Counted from the first letter of the stretch, positions 22,744 to 35,321 are shown. The stretch: 64,000 nucleotides of DNA from Octopus sinensis (GCF_006345805.1 NC_042997.1:77314001-77378000); one strand, 5' to 3'. The notes: generated from the sequence alone by a model not told the origin. Made by a program: numbers and translations.

Positions 22744-23653
22744 TCTATATATATAAAAGTGAAGTTGTGTAAGTGTCTGTCTCCTACGATTTAGATTCCT
22801 AACTACTCGCACATTTTGCGGTGCAGTTAAACCAATCTTATAGGCGTGATTCATATCGAGCCCTTCTGGGTATTAGCGCGCGTCTACGATGAGTCTACGA
22901 TTTTAAAAATAATTTACCATAATTTTTTTCCATTTTAAAGCATATTTTTGGGGTTCTTCCAATTTTTTCGTGTGTCGATGGCGGCGGAGTTGGCATCCAT
23001 GCTCACACCTGCACCTGTGTTGCTTCTCCCCCTTCTTCCCTCCCTCGTGAAGCTGTGGGGAAGGGAGTGTAAGGAAATCAACGGCGTAAAGCGTTGTCAA
23101 GGAGACCAGCGTTCTTTTAGAACAACGACTTCATGGCTTGAAGTCGCCAAAACAGAAATCGCTAAAAAAGCTGAAACAGATCCACAAAAGCGGCAAAAAC
23201 TGCCACACAGGGCAGGTTTCCTGTGCAAACAATTTGCACAACCAAATGTTTTAGTTGTTGCACAAATCTTTATATATAAAAGTGAAGTTGTGTGTCTGTC
23301 TCCTACCATTTAGATTCATAACTACTCCCACATTTTGCGGTGCAATTTAACCAAAACCGGGTATCTTATAGTCGTGATTCATATCGAGCCCTTCTGGGTA
23401 TTAGCGCGCATCTACGATGAGTCAACGATTTAAAAAAAAATTTAACATCATTTTTTCCATTTTAATGCATTTTTTTGCTATTATATAAGGGAAGTAACTC
23501 TCTAAAAATGTCTACGATGAGTCAACGATTAAAAAAAAAAATTACCATCATTTTTTATTCCATTTTTAATGCATTTTTTTGCTATAACTCTCTAAAAATG
23601 CTTATATAGATATTTCCCTTACAAACCCGAGCAACGCCGGGCGATACTGCTAG
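22744..23653 (+). mobile_element. Non-autonomous Helitron, 910 bp
   Basis: A|TC...CTAG|T insertion; 3' hairpin CCCGAGCAACGCCGGG just before CTAG; a second TC..TATATATAAAAGTGAAG 5' module at 23267. Confidence 0.88.
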
Positions 23654-24039
23654 TTAGTCATATAATGAGAAAGTCTCAGCAATGTGTTAGTCATTATTGT
23701 AGTAATACATATTAATATTGAAAGAAAGAAAATGGAGAACAATGGATGTATGAATAATTTATTTGTATGATATAAAGATGTTGAAATTTTTCATAACAAT
23801 ACAAATAAATTATAAGTGGTAAGAAATAGCAGATGTGAAAAACCTACATATATGTTTCACTTCTAGCCCCTAGTTCATATGTAATTCTAAGCATTTGGTT
23901 ATGTGCTATATGGGGCAGAGCCTTGTCAGAATTTTTATGATCTTGTAGAACAAAGATTAACATGTTTCTTGAAAGGATGCATACAAAATAGTCATATTTT
24001 GTGTGCATCCTTTCACGAAACATGTTAACCTTTGTTTAT

Positions 24040-24129
24040 ATACATATATGTATGTATGTGTGTGTGTATGTATGTATGTTTTTATTTTATCTAGTTTCAG
24101 CTCACGAGCTGTGGCCATGCTGGGGCACC

Positions 24130-24173
<44 letters not shown>

Positions 24174-24286
24174 ATATGTATGTATATATGTTTGTATATA
24201 TATATATATATATGTATGTATATATGTGTGTATGTATGTATATATGTGTGCATATATGTATATATATGTGTGTGCGTATTTATATA
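24040..24286. repeat. Compound (TA)/(TG)/(TATG) microsatellite
   Basis: Read directly from the sequence. Confidence 0.95.
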
Positions 24287-27200
24287 TCATCATCGTCCGT
24301 TTTCCATGCTAGCATGGGTTGGACGGTTCGACTGGGGTCTGGGAAGCCAGGAGGCTGCACCAGGCTCCAGTCTGATCTGGCAGTGTTTCTACAGCTGGTT
24401 CTACAGCTGGATGCCCTTCCTAACGCCAACCACTCCGTGAGTGTAGGGGGTGCTTTTTACGTGCCGCTGGCACAGGTATCACAACTATTATTTCCATTTG
24501 ATATTTATTTCAATGTTTATGTACTTGACTCAATAGGTCTCCTCAAGCACAGCAGGTCATATGCCACCGGCACAGAAGCCAGTCAAGGCAGCCTGGTATC
24601 GGCCACGTTCGGATGGTGCTTTTTATGTGCTGCTGGCACAGGTGTCATAACTACAATTTCCATTTGATATTTATTTTGATATTGATGTTGATGTACTTGA
24701 CTCAATAGGTCTCCTCAAGCACAGCAGGTCACTCTACAATCCAAGGTAAGCACAGCAGGTCGTTCTGCAGTCCAAGGTACTTTGAATGGGCTGGGGCTAT
24801 GCAAAACTGGTGCAGGAAAAAGCCCGGGTCTTTGCAGTCACAGCATATCTCCAGAGATCTCGGTCCTTCATCATTACCTCTGTGAGGCCCAACGCTTGGA
24901 GGTCATGCTTGACTACCTCATCCCATGTCTTCCTGGGTCTACCTCTCCCCCTGATACCTTCAACTGTTTGGGAGTGGCACTTCTTCACGCATCTCTCCTC
25001 ATCCATCCACAGTACATGACCATACCATTGCACACTACATCTGACGCTTCTTATGTCCAGCATTTCTCTCAGGGCGCTTACACTCTGTCGTATGTGCACA
25101 CTGACATTACACATCCAGCGGATCATGTTAGCTTCATTTCTTTCAAGTCTACATATGTCCTCTGCAGTCACAGCCCATGTTTCACTACCGTGAAGCATGG
25201 CAGTTCGCACACATGCATCATACAATCTACCTTTCGCTCTGAGCGAGAGACCCTTTGTCACCAGTAGAAGTAGGAGCTTTCTAAACTTTGCCCAGGCTAT
25301 TCGTATTCTAGTGGTGACACTCTCTGAGCATCCACCTCCACTACTAACTTGGTCACCCAGGTAGCGGAAACTATCAACTACTTCTAGTTTCTTCCCCTGG
25401 AGTGTGATGGAATCTGTTTTCTGAGTATCTGTGGTGTCTATTGTCCCTGTGCATCTGCCGCACATGAAAGCTATCTTATCAGTTGATTTTCTTTTGATGT
25501 TGCTGCACCTCTTAAGTGTCCATAGCTTACACTGGGTACATCTTATGGAGTTTCTACCTACACCTTTCCTTCAGATCGAGCAGGGCCACCTGCCCGAGGG
25601 GTTGTGTGATGAGTTCACCTTTCTGCTTACTATAACTTTTGTCTTTGCTACATTTACTCTAAGGCCCTTTGATTCTAAACCTTGCTTCCACACCCGAAAT
25701 TTCTTTTCTAGTTCCGGTAGTGATTCTGCTGTGAGGTCCAGGTCATCAGCATAGAGGAGCTCCCAGGGGCAACCTGTTTTGAATTCCTCTGTTATTGCCT
25801 GGAGAACTATGATGAATAAAAGGGGACTGAGGGCTGAGCCTTGGTGGACACCTACTTCTACCCGGAATTCTTCACTATACTCATTGCCAATCCTAACCTT
25901 GCTGACAGCCTCTCTGTATAGGGCCTGTACAGCCCTTATTAGCCATTCTTCAATCTCGAGTTTCCGCATCGACCACCAGATAAGGGATCGGGGGACCCTG
26001 TCAAAGGCTTTCTCCAAGTCCACGAAAGCTATGTAGAGGGGTTTATCTTTAGCTAGGTATTTCTCCTGCAGTTGCTGTACCAGGAATATGGCATCAGTGG
26101 TGCTTCTACCCGGCACAAAATCGAACTGCATCTCATCTAAGCAATATCTCCCTAATGAGATGGGCTATGACCCTCTCTGTGACCTTCATCACCTGATCCA
26201 ACAGTTTAATACCCCTGTAGTTATTTCTATCTAGAGCATCACCTTTGCCCTTGTAGCAGTTGACTATGGTGCTGCTACGTCGGTCATTGGGTATGACTCC
26301 ATTATGAACTACCTGGTTTACAATGTCGCTGACAAGGCCATAGCCCACACAACCAGATGTTTTAAGAATCTCAGCAGTGATTCCTGATGGGCCAGGGGCT
26401 TTTCCTGGTTTTAAACCCTTAATTGCCTTAACTACTAGGGAGCTGTCTATTCGGATAGCTGGTCTCTCTACTGGGTCAACATTTGGCAGGCTCTCCTCCT
26501 CCCATTCATTCTCCACATTCAGCAGTCTCTCATAATGGCTTCTCCAAGCATTTTTCTTTTCAGAAACATTGAAAGCAAGTACACCATCATCCATCATCCA
26601 CATTTCCCTCCTGTAACATCACTATTTTCTCTCACACACTGTCTAGCAATCCGAAATACCTCAGTTCTTTGGTCCTCACGTTGCTGAACATTGGCAAACT
26701 TCTTCTTTTCTGCTTCACCCTTGGCTATGTATACCTGCCACCCAGCCTCTCTTCTGGCTACTTGGTACAGTTCCCTGCTATCCCCATCCCTCCAGGCTTT
26801 GCAGGCCTGTTTCTTTGCTCTAATGGCTTTGTCTACTGTACTATTCCACCACCACATAACTCTAGGTCTGGAAGGGACTTTGCACCATCCACAGACTTGG
26901 TCTGTGGCACTCAGCAAGCTGTCCCGTAGGAATTTCCAGCTACCTTCTATGTCCGATGTCTGTTGCTCCTCCTCCCTCTCATCAAATTTCTTGATGAGGA
27001 TGTCCCTAAATCTCTGACCATGTGAAGGGTTCTTTAGCTTCCAAATCCTTCTTTTCTGGATTGGTCTGCCTCTTGGTATCCTTCTGCCCTGAAGCCTAAA
27101 GTCACTAATGATTAGCCTATGCTGAGGGGTACATTCTTCACCCAGGACAGTCTTTGTATTTAAGAGCAATCCTGCATCCCGCTGTCTGGTGAGGATGAAG

Positions 27201-29090
27201 TCTATTTGTCTAGCGGAGTCCCTTGACTGATAGGTTATAAGGTGGCAGTCTGGCTTCCTGAAGTTAGTATTGCAGATTAAAAGGTTACATGCGTCACAGA
27301 ATTCCAGTAGTCTAGTTCCCTCATCATTTCTGGTGCCAATACCATGGTCACCGTGTACCCCAGTGAAGATACCCAATTCCCGCCCAACATGCCCATTAAA
27401 GTCTCCAGCCACAAAGATGAGGTCCTTGCACTCGTCTTTGAGGTACCCTGTAGAAGGCTATCATAAAAGTGGTCCTTCTGATCATTTGGTAGCCCCGCAT
27501 GTGGGGCATAGGTGGAGATAATCGTAGCTGTGCCGTTATGTAGGACTAACCTGAGCTTGAGCACTCTATCGCATACCCTGACAACCTCTGTAACTTTATC
27601 CACCCGTTTCTCCGCAAGGAGAATGCCTACATCATCCATGTTACCTTGCCAGAAGACTATATACCTATGTGCCTTGCCTGTGAGGACCCTAGCTGAAGCA
27701 CCTCTCCATCTTACCCCTTGTAAGCAGCATACATCAACTTGTCTTCTTTCAAGCATCTCTACAATCTCACTAGACCTACCTTTCAGTTTACCAACATTGA
27801 CAGTGCCAACTCTGAAAACTGGGAAGGTAATGTGGGGGGAGGTTTGGGGAGGAAGGTATGCAATTCAGAAGAGGGTTGTTGTGGTGATCGTTTTTTAGGC
27901 ATTTTTCATCTGATCTCTCTTCCGACCTGACAACATTCAAGCATTTAGGCATGTTAAGACTGTTGCCCCTGCTCTAGACAGGAGCTGATGTTAGCAGCAT
28001 TGTAAGCATAAGCACTAAGGTCATTGATGATGTAGATGTAAGCAGTGTGGCAGAAATATTGATATTCCAGGTGTTATTAGTGTTGTAAGCAAGCATTATG
28101 GTCATTTGCTTTAAGCAGCGTAGCAGAAATATGGATATTCCAGTGATAGGTTAGGAGGGGTTCAGCTGAAAACTGGTTGCATTGCAGCGGGGAAGGGTTC
28201 CGGCGGAGAGAAGAGAGATAGAGAGAGGGAGAGAAAGTGGGGGAGGAATGGAGAAGAGAGAGTGCAGGTAATATAGGGAACAGCACCAGTGAGGAGGGGG
28301 AGTTAGGAGAAGTGATAACAGGTAGGGGTGGTGGCAGGTTCAAGACAGAAAGAAACATAGGATATCACAGGTGAGGGAGGGGACTGGAAGAGGAGATAGC
28401 CAGTTGAGGTGGTGACAGATTTCTAAACAGAAAGAAACGTTAGATAACTAGTTAAGTAGGTCGGTTGATGAGCAGCTGCGCTAGCTGCATCCATCGTAGG
28501 AGAGAGAGGCACAGGTAATGCATAGTGAAATAGCATGTTGAGGAGGAGGGGTTAGAAGAATAGATACACATAATGGTAGGGGGGAAGGGATATCCGGTGT
28601 AGATGGTGTAAATATAGAGATATCCAGTATTGGTGGTGGGGGTGGGAAAGGGCGGGCGCACCGCAAATGGCGAAGTTTAGATTAAGGACAGAACGCCAGA
28701 GATATGGAACTAGGAATGAGAAGAATTAAGCAATCGGAGTCTTGATAGGGGACAGGTCAAAGTATGGGAAATAAGAATGTGAATTGAACGAGGAGAAACG
28801 AATAATAGAGACAGATATCATAGAGAACGAACAAATTATCAACATAGAGAAACGAACAAATTAATTATCATCATAGAGCGACAAATAATTATCATAATAA
28901 ACTTTACAAGATAGGGCTAAAAGTAAAAATTATAATTGAGGGGACAATAACAACAGTTAGCTCATGAAAAAACAAACAGTTAGTAAGTAGATAATACATT
29001 TTAAGTGTTAGTGGCGAATGAAGTTCAAGGGATCGAAAGAAAAGAAATAAGTAATTCTTAGCTCGCTTTGGACATCGTTGGCCAAGGAAT
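24287..29090 (-). mobile_element. Near full-length RTE LINE (~4.8 kb): long 5' region, APE endonuclease, RT with PHD-like insert, 3' UTR; inactivated
   Basis: APE: VGTVNVGKLKGR, CCLQG, AGDFNGHVG, QIDFIL, HRLIISD. RT: FVDLEKAFD, GVHQGSALSPLLF, YADD, RYLG. Split over five ORFs by stops and frameshifts; (GAT)n tail. Confidence 0.93.
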
Positions 29091-29103
29091 GTATGTGTGT
29101 GTA

Positions 29104-29148
<45 letters not shown>

Positions 29149-29253
29149 TGTGTGTGTGTGTGTTGTGTGTGTGTATGTATATATACATATGTGTATATAA
29201 ATATGTATGTATATATATATATATATGTATTTCTATATATATATATATATATA

Positions 29254-29303
<50 letters not shown>

Positions 29304-29352
29304 ATATATACATATGTGTATATAAATATGTATGTATATATATATATATATG

Positions 29353-29397
<45 letters not shown>

Positions 29398-29400
29398 TTA
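29090..29400. repeat. Compound (TA)/(TG) microsatellite with an internally duplicated block
   Basis: Read directly from the sequence. Confidence 0.95.
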
Positions 29401-29407
29401 TAATTAT

Positions 29408-29480
29408 TAGTGGTTAAGAGTGCAGGCTACTAACCCCAAGATTCCGAGTTCAATTCCAAGCAGTAACCTGAATAATAATC
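29408..29480 (+). mobile_element. Short tRNA-derived SINE head
   Basis: A-box TAGTGGTTAAGAG and B-box GAGTTCAATTCC, followed by (AAT)n. Confidence 0.6.
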
Positions 29481-29481
29481 C

Positions 29482-31140
29482 CTTTTTTTGCTGTCCTTAA
29501 AAGGTCAGACAGATGTTTGACTGCCAGGCCCACCTAATCCTCTTCCTCTGGATCTGGCACTTCCTCCTCTTCACTGGCAGACTTTGTTAACTCCAACAAA
29601 TCTTCATCTGTCAGGGTTTCAGAGTGGGCAAGGATGAGGTCATTGACCTCATCTTCCATGATGTCGTCAAAACCTTCGCCAAGTACTTTGCCTGTTTCGC
29701 CACATTGTTGACAGCCTTGTGCTGAATATCTTCAGGTGAGAAGCCCTCATAGTCCTGGCCACACATTCGTCAAGCATGCGATGAGGATGGGTTTTTGTTT
29801 TCATGTCTTTAAGAGCAGTGTGGATGACTGACAGGTATGTTGTGACCGTGAAGTATTCCTTTAACTTGAAATTCTCGTCCGAATCCATTGCGTCCGCAAG
29901 GTGTTCAAGAGTTCCGAGTGCAAAGTGCCTTGAAGACACATTTTACACCTTGATCCATAGGCTGAATGAAGGAGGTGGTGTTGGCAGGGAGGAACTCAAC
30001 TTGGACTCCCTCATGATTCAGATCCAAAGTGTGGCCAGCAGCGTTATCCATAACAAGCAACACCTTGAATTCCTTGCACATATTTTGGAGGTATTTCTTG
30101 GCTTGAGGGATGAAGCAATGGTGGAACCAATTCAAAGTTAAACTTCTGGTAATCCAGGCCTTGAGGTTGTGCATCCAGTGAACAAGCAGCAGGTTTTTAT
30201 TCTTATTTTTGAAGGCCCTTGGGTTCGTGGACTTGTAGATAAGTCCTGGTTTCATCATGAACCCAGCAGCATTGCCACACATAACTAGCATCTCTTTGTC
30301 CTTCTGTGCTTTAAATCCTGTGGCTCTGGCTTCGTCCTTCATGATATACATTCTGGAAGGCATCTTTCAGAACAAGCCAGTCTCATCCATACTGAAAACC
30401 TCTTCCGGCTTGTATCCCTTATCCTCGATGATCTGCCTGAAGATCTTGAGGTACTTCTCAGTGGCTCCTTCATCAGCTGATGCTGTCTCTCCATGCTGGG
30501 AAACCTACTTCATTTTAAACCATTTTTGGAAACAGTAAAACTATCCCATGCTGGCTTATATCTTCGGGCTCCAGTGCTGTCAATGGTCTTGGTTGTGATT
30601 CTTCGGTGCCTTCTGCTCTGTCTCCTCTGTTGAACTGCTGTTATAATTTCAGCACTTTTTTATGAATGATGTTACCTCTCAAGGGGATGTTTTTCTTCTT
30701 GCAGTCACTGATCCACAATGCCAAGGCAGATTCCATCCTGATGAAGTGCTTGTTTCTCACTATCGTTACCTTTTTGGCACTTTCACAGAAACTTACTGCT
30801 ACAATAGTCTTAATCGCCACCTCTTTCTTCGTTATGTTGCATATGGTGCTTTTGTTGACAACATAATGGCGACCAACTGCAGTATAACTTTATCTTCCCG
30901 GAACATATCCAGCAGTTGTACCTTCTCATGGAGCGTCATAACCTTTTTGTGGCGCTTAGCTTCACTGCCAGCAGCCTTAGAAGGTGTAGGGCATTTGGGC
31001 GGATTTGTAGGGTTTTAATAACACGCTGCAAAAAATACAATACTCAACAAAATACTCGAGATAGCTACTGGACGGAGTTTTTCAAAAAAAAAACCTACAA
31101 AATCTTCCTTTCATCTAATATGTGCATACCACCTTTGGGA
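29482..31140 (-). mobile_element. Decayed pogo/Tigger (TIGD1-like) transposon
   Basis: KRHKKVMTLHEKVQLLDM (CENP-B-type HTH), then CGNAAGFMMKPGLIY, KVLLVMDNAAGH, FLPANTTSFIQPMDQG (DDE_1). TIRs not found. Confidence 0.88.
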
Positions 31141-31369
31141 AATTGAGCAGAGATTAAAAATAATCATGGTTATGAAAAATTTAGTTTGTATTACCACTAG
31201 ATACAGTATCTATTCTATAATAATAAGAGAGAGAAAGAGGGATTAGCAAGTAGCCTTAAAAATTATCCTGTTGAAAAAAACAATGTGTATGATCAAATGT
31301 TGCAATTAACATTCAGTTTCATATTGTATGTATCTTTGATCTGTCATCAGTAGCCCAATACCGGTGTGA

Positions 31370-32366
31370 TGCACTGTATGTGTGTGTGTGTATATACATA
31401 CACACATTCACTACAATGAGAGGTTGTTGTTGTTGTTGAGAGACAAATACAGCAAGAGAGGGAGAGAGAGAGTGTGTATGTGTAAAATATAGATAGATGT
31501 CGCTAAACTAATTAGCAAGCTTTGACTGAAAGCAGGAATAAGAGATACAAGATACAGTGTACTTATATCTAAAACAATCAAGCGGTGTGAGGTGCAGCTA
31601 TTCTAATAAAAAGGAGCTGAACTGCGAATAAGCGGGAGTACAATCTGTAATGACACACATACTCATGCATGCATATGTACGTACAATTAACATATACATG
31701 CACATACACACATATATACACACACACATATGATATATATATGCATATATACATGTTTATACATACACATACATGCATACACATGCACACATAGATATAT
31801 AGGCATGCACTCACATGTGCATGTACATACATGTGTTCATATATGTTTACATATACATACACACATACATATATATGTACATACATATACATACATATGT
31901 AAACATAATGCTATACTTTAACACAAATGTATACATATACTCATGTACCCACATATATATATATATATTTTTATATGCACATATAAATACACATGCAGAT
32001 ATATATAAACGTGTGCACACACATACAAACAAATACTTACACATACATATATACACATCTATACATATAAATTTGACATGGATGATTCTTTCTTGTCTTG
32101 CGATTCACGGTCAAATGATCCGGTGGTGATGCTGGGCTTTGTATTTTTTCATAGCTCTCATGGTTACCATGATAATCTACTATAATAATACTCTTGTGTT
32201 TATGAATGAGAAAGGAAGGGGTGATAAATGAATAAGGAAGGGAGGGGTGATGTCATACTTGGGAGTGGGATGATTAAAATAGTACGCTGAAAAAGTTAAT
32301 CAAACAGTGTTTCAACTCTGTGTGAATATGTGTGTATATAAAAAGGGGTATGTGAATGTGTGCATT

Positions 32367-32437
<71 letters not shown>

Positions 32438-32640
32438 GCACATACAAATATATACATATGCACAACTACATCCATACTCATAGAGGTACACAGATGCGCA
32501 TATGTAATTGTTTACCAATTTGTTAATAAGAAATATTAACTACCTACTTTGTTAATAATGAATAATTATTAATTTCCTACTCTCCATTTTCTTTTCTTCA
32601 TTTAACTATATATATATATATATATATATAAAGAGTATGA
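31370..32640. repeat. Extended CA/TA/CATA microsatellite and low-complexity region
   Basis: Read directly; produces spurious Y/I/H/T-rich ORFs. Confidence 0.9.
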
Positions 32641-32719
32641 GGGTTTTAGTTCACTGATGGTCTAAAGGAATAAGTACTATAATTGAGTAAGTACTATAAT
32701 GAGTAAATACTATAATTGG

Positions 32720-33140
32720 TCATCCATTAGGTTCCAAGTTCACAGCTGACGCTGGAGCTAGGGATACATATTAGGCTTCTGAGTTAGCAGGTATATATTA
32801 TGTGAAAGGAAAAAAGACATCAAAAGCCAAGGCAGGGTAGGTATCTCAAGTCATTTAGAATTAGAGTAAGGTGAATTTGAAGTCTTACAGCTGTTTCTGG
32901 GATACCCTAAGTGATAGGCTAGCATGTCCATACACTGGGTAATCCATCATCAGAGACAAGGTGAGTAGGTATGAAAGATCTAGACAGGGAAATTCACAGT
33001 TTATAAGGAATAAAATAGTAGATAGAAGAATAAAGAGTAGAACAGTAGATAGAAGAATACAGACAGGAGAATAAAGGACCAAATGCCTGCTGCAAGCCCA
33101 TTGCAGAAGGTTTAATGTGTTATATACATTGTCCACAACA
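32720..33140 (-). mobile_element. Highly decayed LINE endonuclease-like fragment
   Basis: Weak APE-like residues (YPVYGHASLSL; VVDNVYNT resembling VGDFNVHN). Confidence 0.35.
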
Positions 33141-33602
33141 TCTTACACAATTCTAGTAGCCATTACATTTGGTCTACTATAAATTTTAAACAGAGATATT
33201 CTGCACATCTAAACTCATTTAAATATGAGGAGCATAGCAAACTTGTGAATTGAGCCATTGTTATTCACCAGAAAGTACATTTAATCAAGTCCGATAGAGA
33301 AACAGGACTTTTTAAAAATGTTACAGTATTTACTTATTGGACCGGAATACACTTCCTTCAAATTGTCTGATTCACTGTCAGTTCCATACCAAACATTCAG
33401 ATTATAAATTATTCATTGGAAGGGAAGATAATTAAAACATATTATTAAAACATGTCTCTCAGCAAATTGGATTGTAAATTGTCTCATGCTTAGTTATCAT
33501 AGAACTATAAAGAAATGTTTCTTAATTTGTAAGAATCCAGTTACTGAGTGAAAAGTTCAATATTTATATCTCTTTTTACAAGATCTCTTTTTTCTTCCCC
33601 AG

Positions 33603-33681
33603 TATAATGACCATTGTTGGAATCTGTTTATCAGGCTTGCGTCAGTTCACTCCAGACCTCTGTGAGATTCTCATGGACCAG
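33603..33681 (+). CDS. NUP188: NUP188 coding exon
   Basis: ccccag|T...CAG|gtaatg; IMTIVGICLSGLRQFTPDLCEILMDQ, similar to LAALRHFTPDVCQILLDQ. Confidence 0.94.
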
Positions 33682-33771
33682 GTAATGCGTTATTCCAATT
33701 TATTACACTACTTTCTCGTATAACTACATTTGATATTTTCTGAAAAGAACTCTTTAAACTTTACTTCTTAG

Positions 33772-33903
33772 AGTATGGATGTCAGCCGATATGATCCATT
33801 TCTTACCATTGGTTTTAATGCTCCATCTCTTCAGCAAGATGCTCAACCAACATTTGGAACTCTACTTGCTTGTATCAATATGTGTATGACATTCCTCCCA
33901 AAA
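33772..33903 (+). CDS. NUP188: NUP188 coding exon
   Basis: cttag|AGT...AAA|gtatgt; SMDVSRYDPFLTIGFNAPSLQQDAQPTFGTLLACINMCMTFLPK, similar to SLDLAEYNFLFALSFTTPTFDSEVAPSFGTLLATVN. Confidence 0.94.
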
Positions 33904-34049
33904 GTATGTATCTTTTAATATCCTTAGCAAATTCATTTGAGTGTCTCGATTCTATACGTTGATACTCAGTTGCATTTGTGCCTGTGAGGGCATACACTCA
34001 AACATATGTAGGCAGATGCACATCAATGTTTTTTCAGCATTATCTAGAG

Positions 34050-34222
34050 CAAAACTCTCCGCAACCTTTTTTCACTTGCGGTACACTTATATTCTTTTCA
34101 AAATTTGGTAGCACACCTGAAGTAAAAGTATAGGGAAAATAATTATCAGGTTACACTGCGGTACACCTAGCATCGTCTTGTAACACACCAGTGTGTCACA
34201 GCATACTGGTTGCAGAGTACTG
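34050..34222. mobile_element. hAT-Charlie-type MITE, 173 bp
   Basis: Exact 8-bp TSD ATCTAGAG (34042-49 and 34223-30); degenerate CA...CAACC / GGTTG...TG TIRs. Confidence 0.85.
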
Positions 34223-34384
34223 ATCTAGAGTAAATCAACTTGATGGAATTTTATCTTCTCCACATTATGATGGATTTATATTCAATGCACCTTTCTCCAG
34301 CAATGGTAAAAGCTTATAATATTTAGCTGTTTATCCTCTGTGGTACCCACTTAAATGTTTAAAGCTTTGTCAACTGGAAAATTA

Positions 34385-34700
34385 TCATCAATCATCATCA
34401 ATATTTAACATCCATTTTCCATGTTGGCATGGATTGGATGGCTTGACAGTGGCTGCACCAGGTTCCATAGTCTTTTATGGCGGCATGCCCTTCCTAATGC
34501 CAACCACTTTACAGAGTATACTGGGTGCTTTTTATGTGGCACCATCACCACATTTTCATATGATACCGGTACCCACACCAATGTTTTTTATGTGGTGCCT
34601 TGGTTTAGGATCTCAGTTTTGTTGTGGTGAGCAGGTCTTCTCAAGTATAGCAATGCACTACATATCTCCATCCTCCGTCATCTCCTTCGTTTAGTCTCTC
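34385..34700 (-). mobile_element. RTE 3' end fragment
   Basis: TTTAACATCCATTTTCCATGTTGGCATGG...GCCCTTCCTAATGCCAACCAC core. Confidence 0.75.
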
Positions 34701-35042
34701 TATTCTTATTCTAGCAGTTACATTTCTGTACAACCCACTCCATTACTAATTCTTTATGGCTCCCATGCATCTTCCACATATAAACACTATGAAGTGTGAA
34801 GACTAAATATATAAAACACAATCTGACATCACACAAAAATAATTCTTTACTTGGGATGAAGGATGAAATTTGTCTTCATCTTCAAGCCCTAATTAGGGTC
34901 CATAGAAGATAATAAAATAGAAACACATACAGACTGGTTTTAGTCATTAGACCTGCTATATTAGGGTAACACCTTCAGTTAGTTATATTGCCTACAGATA
35001 TCCAGCCTTGCTCAGGATTAAAATGGCATAGTTTTTTTATTG

Positions 35043-35315
35043 TTTTACTTCTTTCATTCATGTGACTGCAGCCATGCTGGAGCAGCGCTGTTGGTTGAAC
35101 AAATCAACCACTCTTTGTAAGCCTAGTACTTATTGTATCATTGTCTTTTGCCAAAACGCTAAGTTATGGGAATGTAAATACAGCAACATCGGTTGTCAAG
35201 CAATGGCAGGGGTACAAAACAGACACACACAAATTATACACATATATACGACAGTCTTCTTTCAGTTTCCTTGTATGAAATCCACTCACAAGGCTTTGGT
35301 CAGCCTGAGGTTATA
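35043..35315 (-). mobile_element. tRNA-derived SINE, partial
   Basis: GACTGCAGCCATGCTGGAGCAGCGC tail and TTCTTTCAGTTTCC...CACTCACAAGGCTTTGGTC body. Confidence 0.8.
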
Positions 35316-35321
35316 ATATAT

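Noticed and set aside
23957-24440. Y/I/V/C/H-rich ORFs here and at 28904-29417, 31578-32518 and 59544-59738
   Set aside because: They are translations of TA/TG/CA microsatellites.
28980-29090. HDV-like ribozyme at the RTE 5' end
   Set aside because: Known for some RTE elements, but I could not assemble the P1/P1.1/P2/P3 pseudoknot by eye.
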